32,736 bases of DNA from a virus. Its lineage: Duplodnaviria; Caudoviricetes. Below the pieces are notes generated by a model. That model did not search any database. It was not told the origin of the DNA and worked only from the letters and a program-made list of their open reading frames with translations. This document shows, piece by piece, positions 15,770-24,193 of this stretch. Where the stretch lies: IMG/VR virus record IMGVR_UViG_3300046009_009505, positions 1-32,736 of that record; one strand, 5' to 3'. Position 1 is the first letter of the stretch. Each line of letters begins with the position of its first letter. The position numbers and the translations under genes are program-made.

Positions 15770-17221
15770 TCACCTCTGGGCGTCGATCGCTTCAATCTGT
15801 TCGGTCGTCATGCCGCGGGCCAGCATCTCGTCAATCTCGGCGTCGGTCAGCTTGCCGGGGCCTGTAGCCTCCGCGGGGGCCTGCTGCTCGGGTGCCTGCT
15901 CTTCCGGCTCTTCCACTTGCCACCCAGCCAGAGACGCCGCACGCCGTGCCCTGCTGTCCAGTCGCCGGGCGTAATCCTCTGGCGGTTCGTCGGCACCAAA
16001 CCATGACGTTTTCCGCGCCGCCTCCATGTCCTTCGCCACATCTCGGAACTGGTCGGCAATTGGATTGCCCTTGGCCCACGGCAGTTTGCGGCCTTCGCCC
16101 TTGGGAACTTCGATTTCCATTGCGGACCCGTCCGAGCCCTTCATGGTCACTTTCGTTGAGGTTCCACCAAACGCCTTGTCTTCCCCGCTGCCGGTGGCTC
16201 GCCGCTCGTTCACGATGCGACCGCTCTGCACGCGGTCCCTTGCCATTGCGTCCACTTCTTTGTCGGTGACGTTCTTCCCATACTTGGGCCGCATGATTGT
16301 GAACTGCTGCTGCACCAGCGATTCAAACGCCGGGTCGGACGGATCGACGCCGCCCATTAGCCCCGTCTTCTTTCCCGGCGCGTACTTGCCCAATCCCTCC
16401 GCCTGCTCGTACTTCTTCTGGCCAAGGTCGTTGATCGTCGCGCGGTCGAACCCTTCCACCAGTTGGCCAAGCTGCGCCTCTTCCGGGCTCGCGGGTCCAT
16501 CGACCGCGCCCGTTACCGTCGCCGGCGTCAGCGCCGCACGCAGTTGTCCCTCTCGCTGCAAGTCCATCAGTTTGCCAATCAAGCGGCTCGGGTCGTTGGA
16601 ACTCTCCGCCTCCATGACCAGTGCCTGCATCTCGGGATCGGCAAGCTGCTTTGCGCTGAGCTTCTTTCCGAGGACCATCTGCAAGATGCCTTCAAACTGC
16701 CGCCGCCGCGTAGTGCTCCGCAGCACATCGAAGAGTTTGGATTGCTGGCTGTAGTGCCCGTTTTCGACTGTGTTGGCCATCGGGTCCGCAAATGACGGCG
16801 AGCCCTCGGGAACCAGCATGGAATCCGGCTGCTTCGACCTAAGCAGTTGCCGGTTCAGGTTGCGGTACATCTCGCCCTCGGCCTGTGCCTGCGCTTCCGC
16901 CTCCGCCTGCCGCTTCTGGGCAAGCGCTAGGTGTTCATCCCTCAGACCAAGATCCCGCATCTGGGCCATCTGGTTCCACATGTCGTTGTCGGTGGACCGC
17001 TGGAAGTCCTGCTGCCACCGATCGGCCTGGGCCGTCTGCTGGGCCTGCCGATTGGCGAACTCCTGCTGCTGGAACTCGAAGTTCCGCGCGTCCCGCCGTG
17101 CCGCCTCATCCTGCATGGCGTAACGGTTCTGGAAGTCCGCCCGGCGTTCGGCAATGCCGGTGCCGAGTTGCATCCCTTGGAGCCAGTTCTGTGCAAAAGA
17201 GTTGGGGTCGATCCGTGTCAT
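15770..17221 (-). CDS. Putative DNA-ejection (internal virion) protein, 483 aa
   Basis: N-terminal SFAQNWLQGMQLG followed by a Q/R/A-rich coiled coil; directly upstream of the giant protein. Confidence 0.65.
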   Translation of the reverse strand: MTRIDPNSFAQNWLQGMQLGTGIAERRADFQNRYAMQDEAARRDARNFEFQQQEFANRQAQQTAQADRWQQDFQRSTDNDMWNQMAQMRDLGLRDEHLALAQKRQAEAEAQAQAEGEMYRNLNRQLLRSKQPDSMLVPEGSPSFADPMANTVENGHYSQQSKLFDVLRSTTRRRQFEGILQMVLGKKLSAKQLADPEMQALVMEAESSNDPSRLIGKLMDLQREGQLRAALTPATVTGAVDGPASPEEAQLGQLVEGFDRATINDLGQKKYEQAEGLGKYAPGKKTGLMGGVDPSDPAFESLVQQQFTIMRPKYGKNVTDKEVDAMARDRVQSGRIVNERRATGSGEDKAFGGTSTKVTMKGSDGSAMEIEVPKGEGRKLPWAKGNPIADQFRDVAKDMEAARKTSWFGADEPPEDYARRLDSRARRAASLAGWQVEEPEEQAPEQQAPAEATGPGKLTDAEIDEMLARGMTTEQIEAIDAQR

Positions 17222-17224
17222 GTG

Positions 17225-17743
17225 TTAGGCTCCGCCGATCACCACGTACCCAACCCGCACCGCCGCCGATGCCGTCGCCGGGTTCATCACGGCCACCTTG
17301 ACGATCTTGCCCGCGACCGTGCCCGCATCGCTCCAAAGCGTCGGATACCCGGCGTTGTCGGTGTACTCGTCCGCCACCGTGGCATTGACCAACAGCGCGT
17401 CCTCGCTCAAAGAGAACACATCGTGGCATCCGGCCTTGAGCGTCCGCCACCGCGGGGTATCGCTCAGGCTCGACGCCGGGGCGGTCCCGATACCAATGTC
17501 GATGTTGCCGCTCTGGTCAGGGAGCCAGATCCGCACATTCGAGAAGTCGGGCCTGTCGGCGTCGTAGGCCCAGATCGTGAACATCTCGCCGACCGCCAAT
17601 GTGACCAGTGTTGGCCGCACGAGCAGCTTGGGCGTCACCGTCACCGCCTTGACCGGCGTGATGAGTGAGCCCCATGTGACGGGCGACTGTCCGGTTTCCT
17701 CGAAGGATCCGGCGCTGAAGATGCGAAGTGTGCCTGCTGCCAT
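17225..17743 (-). CDS. Hypothetical beta-rich virion protein (172 aa)
   Basis: SD AAGGAG; tight packing in the late operon. Confidence 0.6.
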   Translation of the reverse strand: MAAGTLRIFSAGSFEETGQSPVTWGSLITPVKAVTVTPKLLVRPTLVTLAVGEMFTIWAYDADRPDFSNVRIWLPDQSGNIDIGIGTAPASSLSDTPRWRTLKAGCHDVFSLSEDALLVNATVADEYTDNAGYPTLWSDAGTVAGKIVKVAVMNPATASAAVRVGYVVIGGA

Positions 17744-17755
17744 GTCTGTGACTCC

Positions 17756-19030
17756 TTATCGGTCGCCGTAGCCGCTGGGTGATGTGGGCCAACCGCCCGC
17801 GGGCCTCTGGTTTGGGTCGTATGCCGGCGGGTTGTTCGTGGTCGTCGCCGCTGGCCGCGAGAAGTTCGCAGATTGGCCCATCATGTTTCCGCCAAACGCG
17901 CCAAGAGCGTTGCCCCATGTGGCACCCGCCGCGGCGCTCGGGCTCGCCCCACTGAAATACTGCTGCGTGCTTCGAGCCAGCCACGGGTTCATCTGTGCCG
18001 AGCTTGCAACCTGTGCCCTGAAGTCCGCTTCGCCCCGCTGGTTCATCGCTACCCGGTCCTGAGACGCGAGGTTGAGCCCCATCCGCCCGCTGCTGCGTGC
18101 CTGGTCGAGATTGAGCGTGTTCCCCGCAAGGCTGGTCATCAGGCCAATCTGCCGATCGCCAAGGCTCCCAAGTGCCCCCTGCCGCCCCTGCTCCAGCTGC
18201 CGAGCGTTGCCGCCCAACTGCTGGCCGAGCACCGACGATGCCCCGAGGCCGCGCGACATGAGCCGAGCCTCAGTGAGCCGGTTCGTGCTCTGGAGCGTGT
18301 TGGCAAAGTCGGCGTTGATCCGGTCGCGTTCGCCCTTGCCGAAGTTGCGGGCCTGCCCCTCGATGGCGCGGGCCGACTGCATGAGCCGCCCCGAATCCGC
18401 ATCGAAGCGGTTCAGGTTGGCCGCACCTTCAGCCTTCGCCTGCTCGGTCAACGCGGCGTACCGCGATGCCGCACCCGGCCCAAGGTTGCGGAACTCGCCA
18501 AGGTCCAGAGCGTCGGCGGGGATTGATGCCGCTTCGTTCTGAAGCTGTGCCGTCAGTTCCTTCTGCTGCTTCAGCAATGCGCCAATGTCCACCCCGTCCG
18601 CTGCGGCCCGCTTCTTGTCCCAGTCCGCCGGAACAAGCCGGAGTTTGTCGGACGGGTAGTAGCCGGCCGCCTTGCTTGGATCTTTCCCGCCCTTCACCAC
18701 TCGCTCAGGCTTCCCGTACTTGTCAAGATTCGCCTGAATCTGCTTCAGCTGCTCGTTGAGCGCGGTTGTTCGCTTGGTCGCGTCCGGGTCGCGGAACAGC
18801 TGGCGGTACTGGTCCTGCCCCAGCGTGGCACGCAGGTACTTCTCGGCCTCGTCTGGACCAAGCATCTGGGCAAGGTATCGCGCCTGCCCTTGATTGAGGT
18901 TCTTCTGGTCGAAAAGGCGGTTTTCCTTTTCCGCCCGCAACGCAGCTGCTGCCGAAGCCTTGGAGGCATTCGACGACACACCAGCGCCAACCAGTGACGC
19001 GCCCGCTCCGATTACTGATGCCCACGCCAT
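17756..19030 (-). CDS. DNA-ejection/pilot protein (P22 gp7-like N-terminus)
   Basis: MAWASVIGAGASLVGAGVSSNASKASAAAA start, Q/A/G-rich helical body, G-rich C-terminal segment. Confidence 0.7.
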   Translation of the reverse strand: MAWASVIGAGASLVGAGVSSNASKASAAAALRAEKENRLFDQKNLNQGQARYLAQMLGPDEAEKYLRATLGQDQYRQLFRDPDATKRTTALNEQLKQIQANLDKYGKPERVVKGGKDPSKAAGYYPSDKLRLVPADWDKKRAAADGVDIGALLKQQKELTAQLQNEAASIPADALDLGEFRNLGPGAASRYAALTEQAKAEGAANLNRFDADSGRLMQSARAIEGQARNFGKGERDRINADFANTLQSTNRLTEARLMSRGLGASSVLGQQLGGNARQLEQGRQGALGSLGDRQIGLMTSLAGNTLNLDQARSSGRMGLNLASQDRVAMNQRGEADFRAQVASSAQMNPWLARSTQQYFSGASPSAAAGATWGNALGAFGGNMMGQSANFSRPAATTTNNPPAYDPNQRPAGGWPTSPSGYGDR

Positions 19031-19033
19031 CGT

Positions 19034-19516
19034 TTATGCTCCTTCCAACGCCGCCGTCGCGGGGAGCATCGACGCTGCCCACGGGTCGTTCGGCTGAATG
19101 ATGAGTGCTTCAATCTTTGCCAAATCTGTTTCTTCGGTCGCGTGGAAGGTCAGCCAAACAATGTCCTCTTCCACGACAAGCACCCGCTGCGTTCCCGGCC
19201 TAGTCACGCCAAAGTACGGAGCCTCGATCCTGCGCCACTCCCCTTGGTCATCTCGCACATTGGCCACGCCTTCCAGTATCACAAACGGGTGTTCTGTTTT
19301 GTGAATCTTGGATACCACGACCTCCCCAGCGAATGCCCGGCCGGTTCGGGTATACAAGCCCGGCGTGAACGTGTGCGTGACATTCTCCTGCTGGAACGGC
19401 GTTGGCGACAACGCCCGGCACAGCTCATTCAGCCTTTCGTTCGCGGGGAAGACCGGCTGCGCCGCCGCATGGGCCGCGAGCGTGTTGGGCGGGGATTGTG
19501 TCGCCAGTTCGGGCAT
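19034..19516 (-). CDS. Phage cupin-fold protein
   Basis: HTFTPGLYTR..SKIHKTEHPFVILEG..IEAP..PGTQR..WLTFH pattern, common just upstream of podovirus ejection genes; start moved to ATG 19516. Confidence 0.75.
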   Translation of the reverse strand: MPELATQSPPNTLAAHAAAQPVFPANERLNELCRALSPTPFQQENVTHTFTPGLYTRTGRAFAGEVVVSKIHKTEHPFVILEGVANVRDDQGEWRRIEAPYFGVTRPGTQRVLVVEEDIVWLTFHATEETDLAKIEALIIQPNDPWAASMLPATAALEGA

Positions 19517-19573
19517 GGTGGATTCTCTGGACGCTTCCCGCACTTTGCCCGCAAAACATGGACGCCCATGCAA

Positions 19574-19595
19574 AAACTACCACTAGTGCTAGGTG
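19574..19595. promoter_or_regulatory. 22-bp quasi-palindromic site, copy 1 (AAACTACCACTAGTGCTAGGTG)
   Basis: Reverse complement matches 30261-30282 at 20/22; core approximates palindrome CTAGCACTAGTGCTAG. Confidence 0.65.
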
Positions 19596-19596
19596 T

Positions 19597-20052
19597 TCAG
19601 GTCCATGTGACCGGCTCATCAGTGGGTGAATGGGCTTGGCCAACGATCGACGCGCGGATGTACCGGCTCTGGGCACCGGCGCCCGCGTCAATGTCGAGCA
19701 CCACGGAACCTGCCGCCCCGGTAATGTACCGATACGCCATGTTGGCTGTGATTTCCTGCAACTGGGCACCTGTCACCAGCGTGATGGTCTGCGAGCCTGC
19801 CGGCGCTCCCGTCGCCGTCGATGACACCCACACCTCAAGCACATAGAGCCCCGAACACTCGGCCCCGTCTCGGTTGATGACTTGGAAGGTTGCCCGCCGC
19901 ACATTCGACGCCTCGGCGCCCACCGACACCCGCACCTCCAGCGGTGGCATCCCGATCAGCCGCGCGGCATCGCGGACCCACCGGAACAGATCCTGCATCG
20001 TCCGCGTCACTTCGGCCCGGATGACCTTGGGGATAATGTTGGTGTACGGCAT
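19597..20052 (-). CDS. Hypothetical virion protein, beta-sandwich-like (151 aa)
   Basis: GGAGG SD; beta-strand-rich sequence; late operon context. Confidence 0.6.
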   Translation of the reverse strand: MPYTNIIPKVIRAEVTRTMQDLFRWVRDAARLIGMPPLEVRVSVGAEASNVRRATFQVINRDGAECSGLYVLEVWVSSTATGAPAGSQTITLVTGAQLQEITANMAYRYITGAAGSVVLDIDAGAGAQSRYIRASIVGQAHSPTDEPVTWT

Positions 20053-20056
20053 TGGG

Positions 20057-20872
20057 TCAGTCCTCCATCAGCGCGGCAAGGGGCGTCTGCTTCTCCCGGT
20101 CGTACCAGGTGCCCGCATAGTGGTGGTTCCCCATCGCGTGATCCGGCCAGTTCGTGACCTTCTTGTGGTCGAATGGGGCGGGGAGCGGGTTGAAGAGCTG
20201 CCACGGAAACACCACGCAATCCGGGTGGCCGTGGATCTGGGAGGCGAGGTAGTACGGCCCGGTCGTCTCCAGAATGCCCTTCCATTCCTTCTTCGGGGGC
20301 CTCTGCTCGTACCGGGACCGCGGCACGAGCTTCTTGCCCACGAGGCGGTATCGCAGCCGGTTCCATGCCCCTCGCCACCCGTGAATCGGGATCAGCCGCG
20401 GAGCCACGCCCCGCCACATGTTCCGCACCGCTGACCACATCGCCGGGTGATTGGTCTCGGCGCCGAACAGGTAGTTCCCGCAGCACGGCCCCCACTCGTC
20501 GGCGTTGAACAGTTGCACGCCTTGCAACAGTTGGTCGATGTTCTCAAACGGCTCAAAGTCCAGATCGGAGTAGACCCCGCCCAGCTGCGCCACCAGTTCA
20601 TACCGCAGAATGTCAGATCGTGCCGCCCACGCTGCACGCTCGCCAAACCACCGATCCGCGTAGTGGTAGACGTACCGATTGATGATCGGGGGGTGTGGCC
20701 GCACATCGTCCCACGGATGCCCCACCGCTTCCATGTGGGCCTCGGGCCGATCGGTCCAGAGGATCATCCGCCAATCAGGATGCAGACGCCGCCATGCCGC
20801 GGCATAACCGCACAGGTGAGGCGGGATTGCTCGCGGCCCGAGCCAAATCTGGTGGAGTACCTTGGGGATCAT
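20057..20872 (-). CDS. GT32/OCH1-like DXD glycosyltransferase
   Basis: MIPKVLHQIWLG, WRRLHPDWRMILWTD, AARSDILRYELVAQLGGVYSDLD, TTGPYYL, HHYAGTW; ATG 20872 overlaps the upstream TGA (ATGA). Confidence 0.9.
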   Translation of the reverse strand: MIPKVLHQIWLGPRAIPPHLCGYAAAWRRLHPDWRMILWTDRPEAHMEAVGHPWDDVRPHPPIINRYVYHYADRWFGERAAWAARSDILRYELVAQLGGVYSDLDFEPFENIDQLLQGVQLFNADEWGPCCGNYLFGAETNHPAMWSAVRNMWRGVAPRLIPIHGWRGAWNRLRYRLVGKKLVPRSRYEQRPPKKEWKGILETTGPYYLASQIHGHPDCVVFPWQLFNPLPAPFDHKKVTNWPDHAMGNHHYAGTWYDREKQTPLAALMED

Positions 20873-22866
20873 TGTTCCGCACCGCCGCCCCATTCCTCGT
20901 TGCCGCTGATGACGCTGCCGCCAAGCACGCCGGAGCCAGGCGAACCGCCCGTAGGCAACGACCCGAGGCCGGGGCCGCTGATGGCCGAACCGCTTCCGGC
21001 GCCGCCCGACGATGACCCGGCCGGGACTCCGCACGGTGTGCCAACCGCCAACGCCGCCCTCCATCCCGCGCGGCTAATGCTCCTGCCCGTGTAGGTGATG
21101 GCGTCCAGACCCTCGAATACAAATGATTCGCCCGCCGTGGCATTGCGAAGCTGCACCGCCAGAGCGGGGCCGCGCTGCCGCACCAGTGTCCGGTTCGGCG
21201 TGCTGGTGAGTGTGTAGGCACCAAGGCTCCACCGCTCGGACGTTGAGTACGCCGCCTCGGGCGTCTTGCCGCCGTAGATGGTCATGGTCGCGTTGCCGCT
21301 ACTGCTGCCCAGCAGGGGGATCACCGAATCCAGAATCGTGTCGTTGTGAAACGGCTCCTCATCGACAAGGCTCAGGGTCAGATAGGCGTCGATGGCGGTC
21401 GTCCCGTAGTCGCTGGGCGTGTCCGAGTCGTTGAACTGAACAATGTACCCGTTGTCGGTTCCGAACACCGGGCGGCCCCTCCAGACCGTTCCACAGGTCG
21501 GGGCAAAGTTGTACCGCTCGGGGAAGAACCCACCGTTCCCACCCTGGTACTGCCCAATCCTCTCGTCGTAGTAGAGGTGGGTCGCCGTGCCTGTGTCTGG
21601 CGTGATGCACACATGCAGGCCATGCCGGGCCGGATCCCGCACCAGCGTGACGGTGTAATCCTCGCGGCTCTGGCGTGCGAACTGGATCAGGCCCGCCAGA
21701 GTCTCCCGGCTCACCGACACAGGAGACGCCGCGGCGTTGATAATGAACAGTCCTTCGGGGGCATGTACCGCCGTGACACCCTCGGCAATCGTCGTGATCG
21801 CATTGGGGCCGCTGCACCCAACGCTCGTCGTCAGGGGCGACACTTCAGCGCCGCCGTCGGCAGGATCGCCGAGCAGTGCGTACAGGCTGTTCCGACACCC
21901 GATGATGAGCGTGTTGTTGACCGCGACAGAAAGAGCAATGATCGCGTCCCCAACCTGCTGGTTGCGTCCCACGCCGATCGCCACCGCCCGGCCCTCGGCC
22001 AGCTCGCCGGTGTCCCATGCCATCGCATCGCTCAACGCGGACCCGTACAACACGTTCGATTGGTCTTGGATGCCAGCGAGCCAGATGCGACCACGGTACT
22101 GGCAGGCAATCGTCGCCGTGGTGGTTCCAGTTCCAGTGCTGCCCGGCAGCGACCCCGACGTAGGAGCCCACGCTACCACGGTCTTCGCCGAGGCGTTGAT
22201 GACCACCGCCTTACCGCCGCCGACGCCGTAAACGAGGCCATCGAGAACCGCCAGCGACACCGGCGCCGTCGATGGGAACGCCCTAGACCCGATCAACTGC
22301 GTCCGCTCACCGTCCGCGCCGCTCGCCCACACATCGCCGCCGGCTACTTGAATCAGCACGTCTTCGACCGTGACGGACGCCAGACCCACCTCGGCCACGG
22401 TCGCCGCGAGCACCACCGCACCGTCGATGCTGGAGACAAAGCCCCAATGCTTGTACCTGTTCAGATCAGTCGTTGCATAAGACACTTCCACCTCGGCCCC
22501 GCTGGTCTTGACCACGCTGCAAGTGATGGTTTCGGCGGTCAGCCGCACCTTGAGCGTGAACGTCTCGCCCGAAGCTATCCCGTGCGCTTCGGTGTCCAGT
22601 GCCGCGGCGACCACCCCGAAAGTGATCTTGCGGATGATGACATTGGAACCCTCGATGCCGCATTCGTACCCGGTGCGACCGTCAAACGATCCACGCACGA
22701 ACACCTTCACGTTGTGCGTGTAGTTCGCGCACTGTGCCTGCACCTCTGCCGACGAGGGAAGCGGGATGGATGGCCCGGTGAAAATGTCCAGGTTGGGGTT
22801 CCACAGATCGCGCGTGGTGCCGCTGTGCGTCAGAACGCCCGAAGTCGTGTCCCGTGCCCATGCCAT
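20869..22866 (-). CDS. Tail nozzle / P22 gp10-like beta-propeller protein with lectin-like N-terminal domain
   Basis: YRGRIWLAG..NVLYGSALSD..W, GDAIIAL..LIIGCRNSLYAL.GDP, VGCSGPNAI and C-terminal RQRG..LAVQLRN are typical of podovirus nozzles. Confidence 0.72.
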   Translation of the reverse strand: MAWARDTTSGVLTHSGTTRDLWNPNLDIFTGPSIPLPSSAEVQAQCANYTHNVKVFVRGSFDGRTGYECGIEGSNVIIRKITFGVVAAALDTEAHGIASGETFTLKVRLTAETITCSVVKTSGAEVEVSYATTDLNRYKHWGFVSSIDGAVVLAATVAEVGLASVTVEDVLIQVAGGDVWASGADGERTQLIGSRAFPSTAPVSLAVLDGLVYGVGGGKAVVINASAKTVVAWAPTSGSLPGSTGTGTTTATIACQYRGRIWLAGIQDQSNVLYGSALSDAMAWDTGELAEGRAVAIGVGRNQQVGDAIIALSVAVNNTLIIGCRNSLYALLGDPADGGAEVSPLTTSVGCSGPNAITTIAEGVTAVHAPEGLFIINAAASPVSVSRETLAGLIQFARQSREDYTVTLVRDPARHGLHVCITPDTGTATHLYYDERIGQYQGGNGGFFPERYNFAPTCGTVWRGRPVFGTDNGYIVQFNDSDTPSDYGTTAIDAYLTLSLVDEEPFHNDTILDSVIPLLGSSSGNATMTIYGGKTPEAAYSTSERWSLGAYTLTSTPNRTLVRQRGPALAVQLRNATAGESFVFEGLDAITYTGRSISRAGWRAALAVGTPCGVPAGSSSGGAGSGSAISGPGLGSLPTGGSPGSGVLGGSVISGNEEWGGGAEQ

Positions 22867-22869
22867 TCG

Positions 22870-23082
22870 CTACCACCCTTCCATGCAAGCCGTGTACCGC
22901 CCCCGCGCGTCCGCCTCGCACACCTCCCGCTGAAGTGAAGCGGCGTCCGGATACCTGACGGCACACCGCGTTAGATCGTGCTGGTAGTCGTTGAAGCACA
23001 CGGATGGCGTGACAATCGGCTTTTGCCAAATGCTCCAGCGTTCCGGCACCAGAATCAGCATCATGAGTAGGAATCCGATCAT
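22870..23082 (-). CDS. Small membrane-anchored/secreted protein with four Cys (70 aa)
   Basis: Hydrophobic N-terminus; ATGA overlap with the upstream gene; stop 3 nt before the nozzle start. Confidence 0.6.
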   Translation of the reverse strand: MIGFLLMMLILVPERWSIWQKPIVTPSVCFNDYQHDLTRCAVRYPDAASLQREVCEADARGRYTACMEGW

Positions 23083-23396
23083 GGGTGTGACGGCCTCCCT
23101 GATTGCTCCAGCAGGCCGCGGATGTATCCAAGCTGGCCCGCAATCTCGCCAAGGGCCTTGTTCAGATCGGTCTTGAGTTCTGCCGCCTGGGTGAGTGCCG
23201 AGCGTGCGTCCGCCGCGGCAGCCTTGGCCTCGCGTGCAGCGTCAGCCACCGCGCCCTGAATGGACTGAACGTAGAGGGCCCCACTCACCACGCAGGAGAT
23301 AATGAGAGCGAGAACCTTGCCCCACTCACCGGCGCTCATGCGGGCCGTGATGGGAGTATCGGGGCCGATGCTGGTGTTGCTCTGTAGGGTGGTCAT
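23079..23396 (-). CDS. Single-TM plus coiled-coil protein, holin/spanin-like
   Basis: TM VLALIISCVVSGALYV followed by an amphipathic helix; ATGA coupling on both sides. Confidence 0.55.
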   Translation of the reverse strand: MTTLQSNTSIGPDTPITARMSAGEWGKVLALIISCVVSGALYVQSIQGAVADAAREAKAAAADARSALTQAAELKTDLNKALGEIAGQLGYIRGLLEQSGRPSHP

Positions 23397-24193
23397 GCCT
23401 TCGCTTTCTTCTGGAACGTGGCCTTGATCTTGTCAACATGCTTGCGAACCCAGAGCTTGGTCTGCTCGGCGTTCGCCTTGTCCTTGAAATCTGGAACGAA
23501 TGGCTTAATCGCCTCCACCGTCCGCACCACATCCGTGGCCACCTTGCGTTCAGCAATGATGCACCACGCCGCGTACCCAGCCGCGATGATGGCGCCGCCA
23601 ATGGCAATCCACGCTCGGTATTGGAGGATCCACATGCCCGCCGCACATACCGCGACGATTGCAAGCCCGGTCAGCACGCCCTGCCACGAACGCAGCCACA
23701 CCCCGCACACCACAGCCAGGCCGAGCCCGGCCACGCTTGCGCCGATCAAAAGAGTGTTCAGTGTGCCGTTCGCCTTGTCCTCAAGCCGTGCAATCTCCCG
23801 GTTGGCGTTGGCCAGTTCCGTGTTGATCTTGGCCGACGATTTCTCTTCCTTGGCCAGCTTGTCGATCAGGCTCAGCACCGTGGCATGTACCTGGCGGAGT
23901 TCTTCGACCGCCGCGGCAATCTCTCCGGTCTGCTTTGCCACCTCGGGCACCGCCGCGGCAATCTCCGTGTTGGCCTCTTCGATCTGATTCGTGGACCCAC
24001 GCAAACGGGCTTCTGCCTGCTTCGCGTCAATCGTGGCTCCGGCAAGCGACGACGCAGAGGCACCTACCGCCCGCCGGGGCACGCCGCACCCGCCGATGAT
24101 GCTCAATGCCGCAAGCACAAAGACAGCGAAAGCTACCCAGAAGATTGTCCCATAGCCGAGGTTTGCAAGAGTGTGTTTGGTTGCCTTGCTCAT
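23393..24193 (-). CDS. Lipoprotein-signal coiled-coil membrane protein, candidate unimolecular spanin
   Basis: Hydrophobic stretch ending in lipobox-like IIGG-C, ~100-aa coiled coil, three C-terminal TM helices, basic tail. Confidence 0.55.
   Translation of the reverse strand: MSKATKHTLANLGYGTIFWVAFAVFVLAALSIIGGCGVPRRAVGASASSLAGATIDAKQAEARLRGSTNQIEEANTEIAAAVPEVAKQTGEIAAAVEELRQVHATVLSLIDKLAKEEKSSAKINTELANANREIARLEDKANGTLNTLLIGASVAGLGLAVVCGVWLRSWQGVLTGLAIVAVCAAGMWILQYRAWIAIGGAIIAAGYAAWCIIAERKVATDVVRTVEAIKPFVPDFKDKANAEQTKLWVRKHVDKIKATFQKKAKA

Noticed and set aside
20873-21064. N-terminal extension of the glycosyltransferase; similar over-long starts for exonuclease (3665), cupin (19573) and zinc ribbon (30780)
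   Set aside because: Extensions overlap upstream genes or regulatory DNA; family motifs begin at the downstream starts
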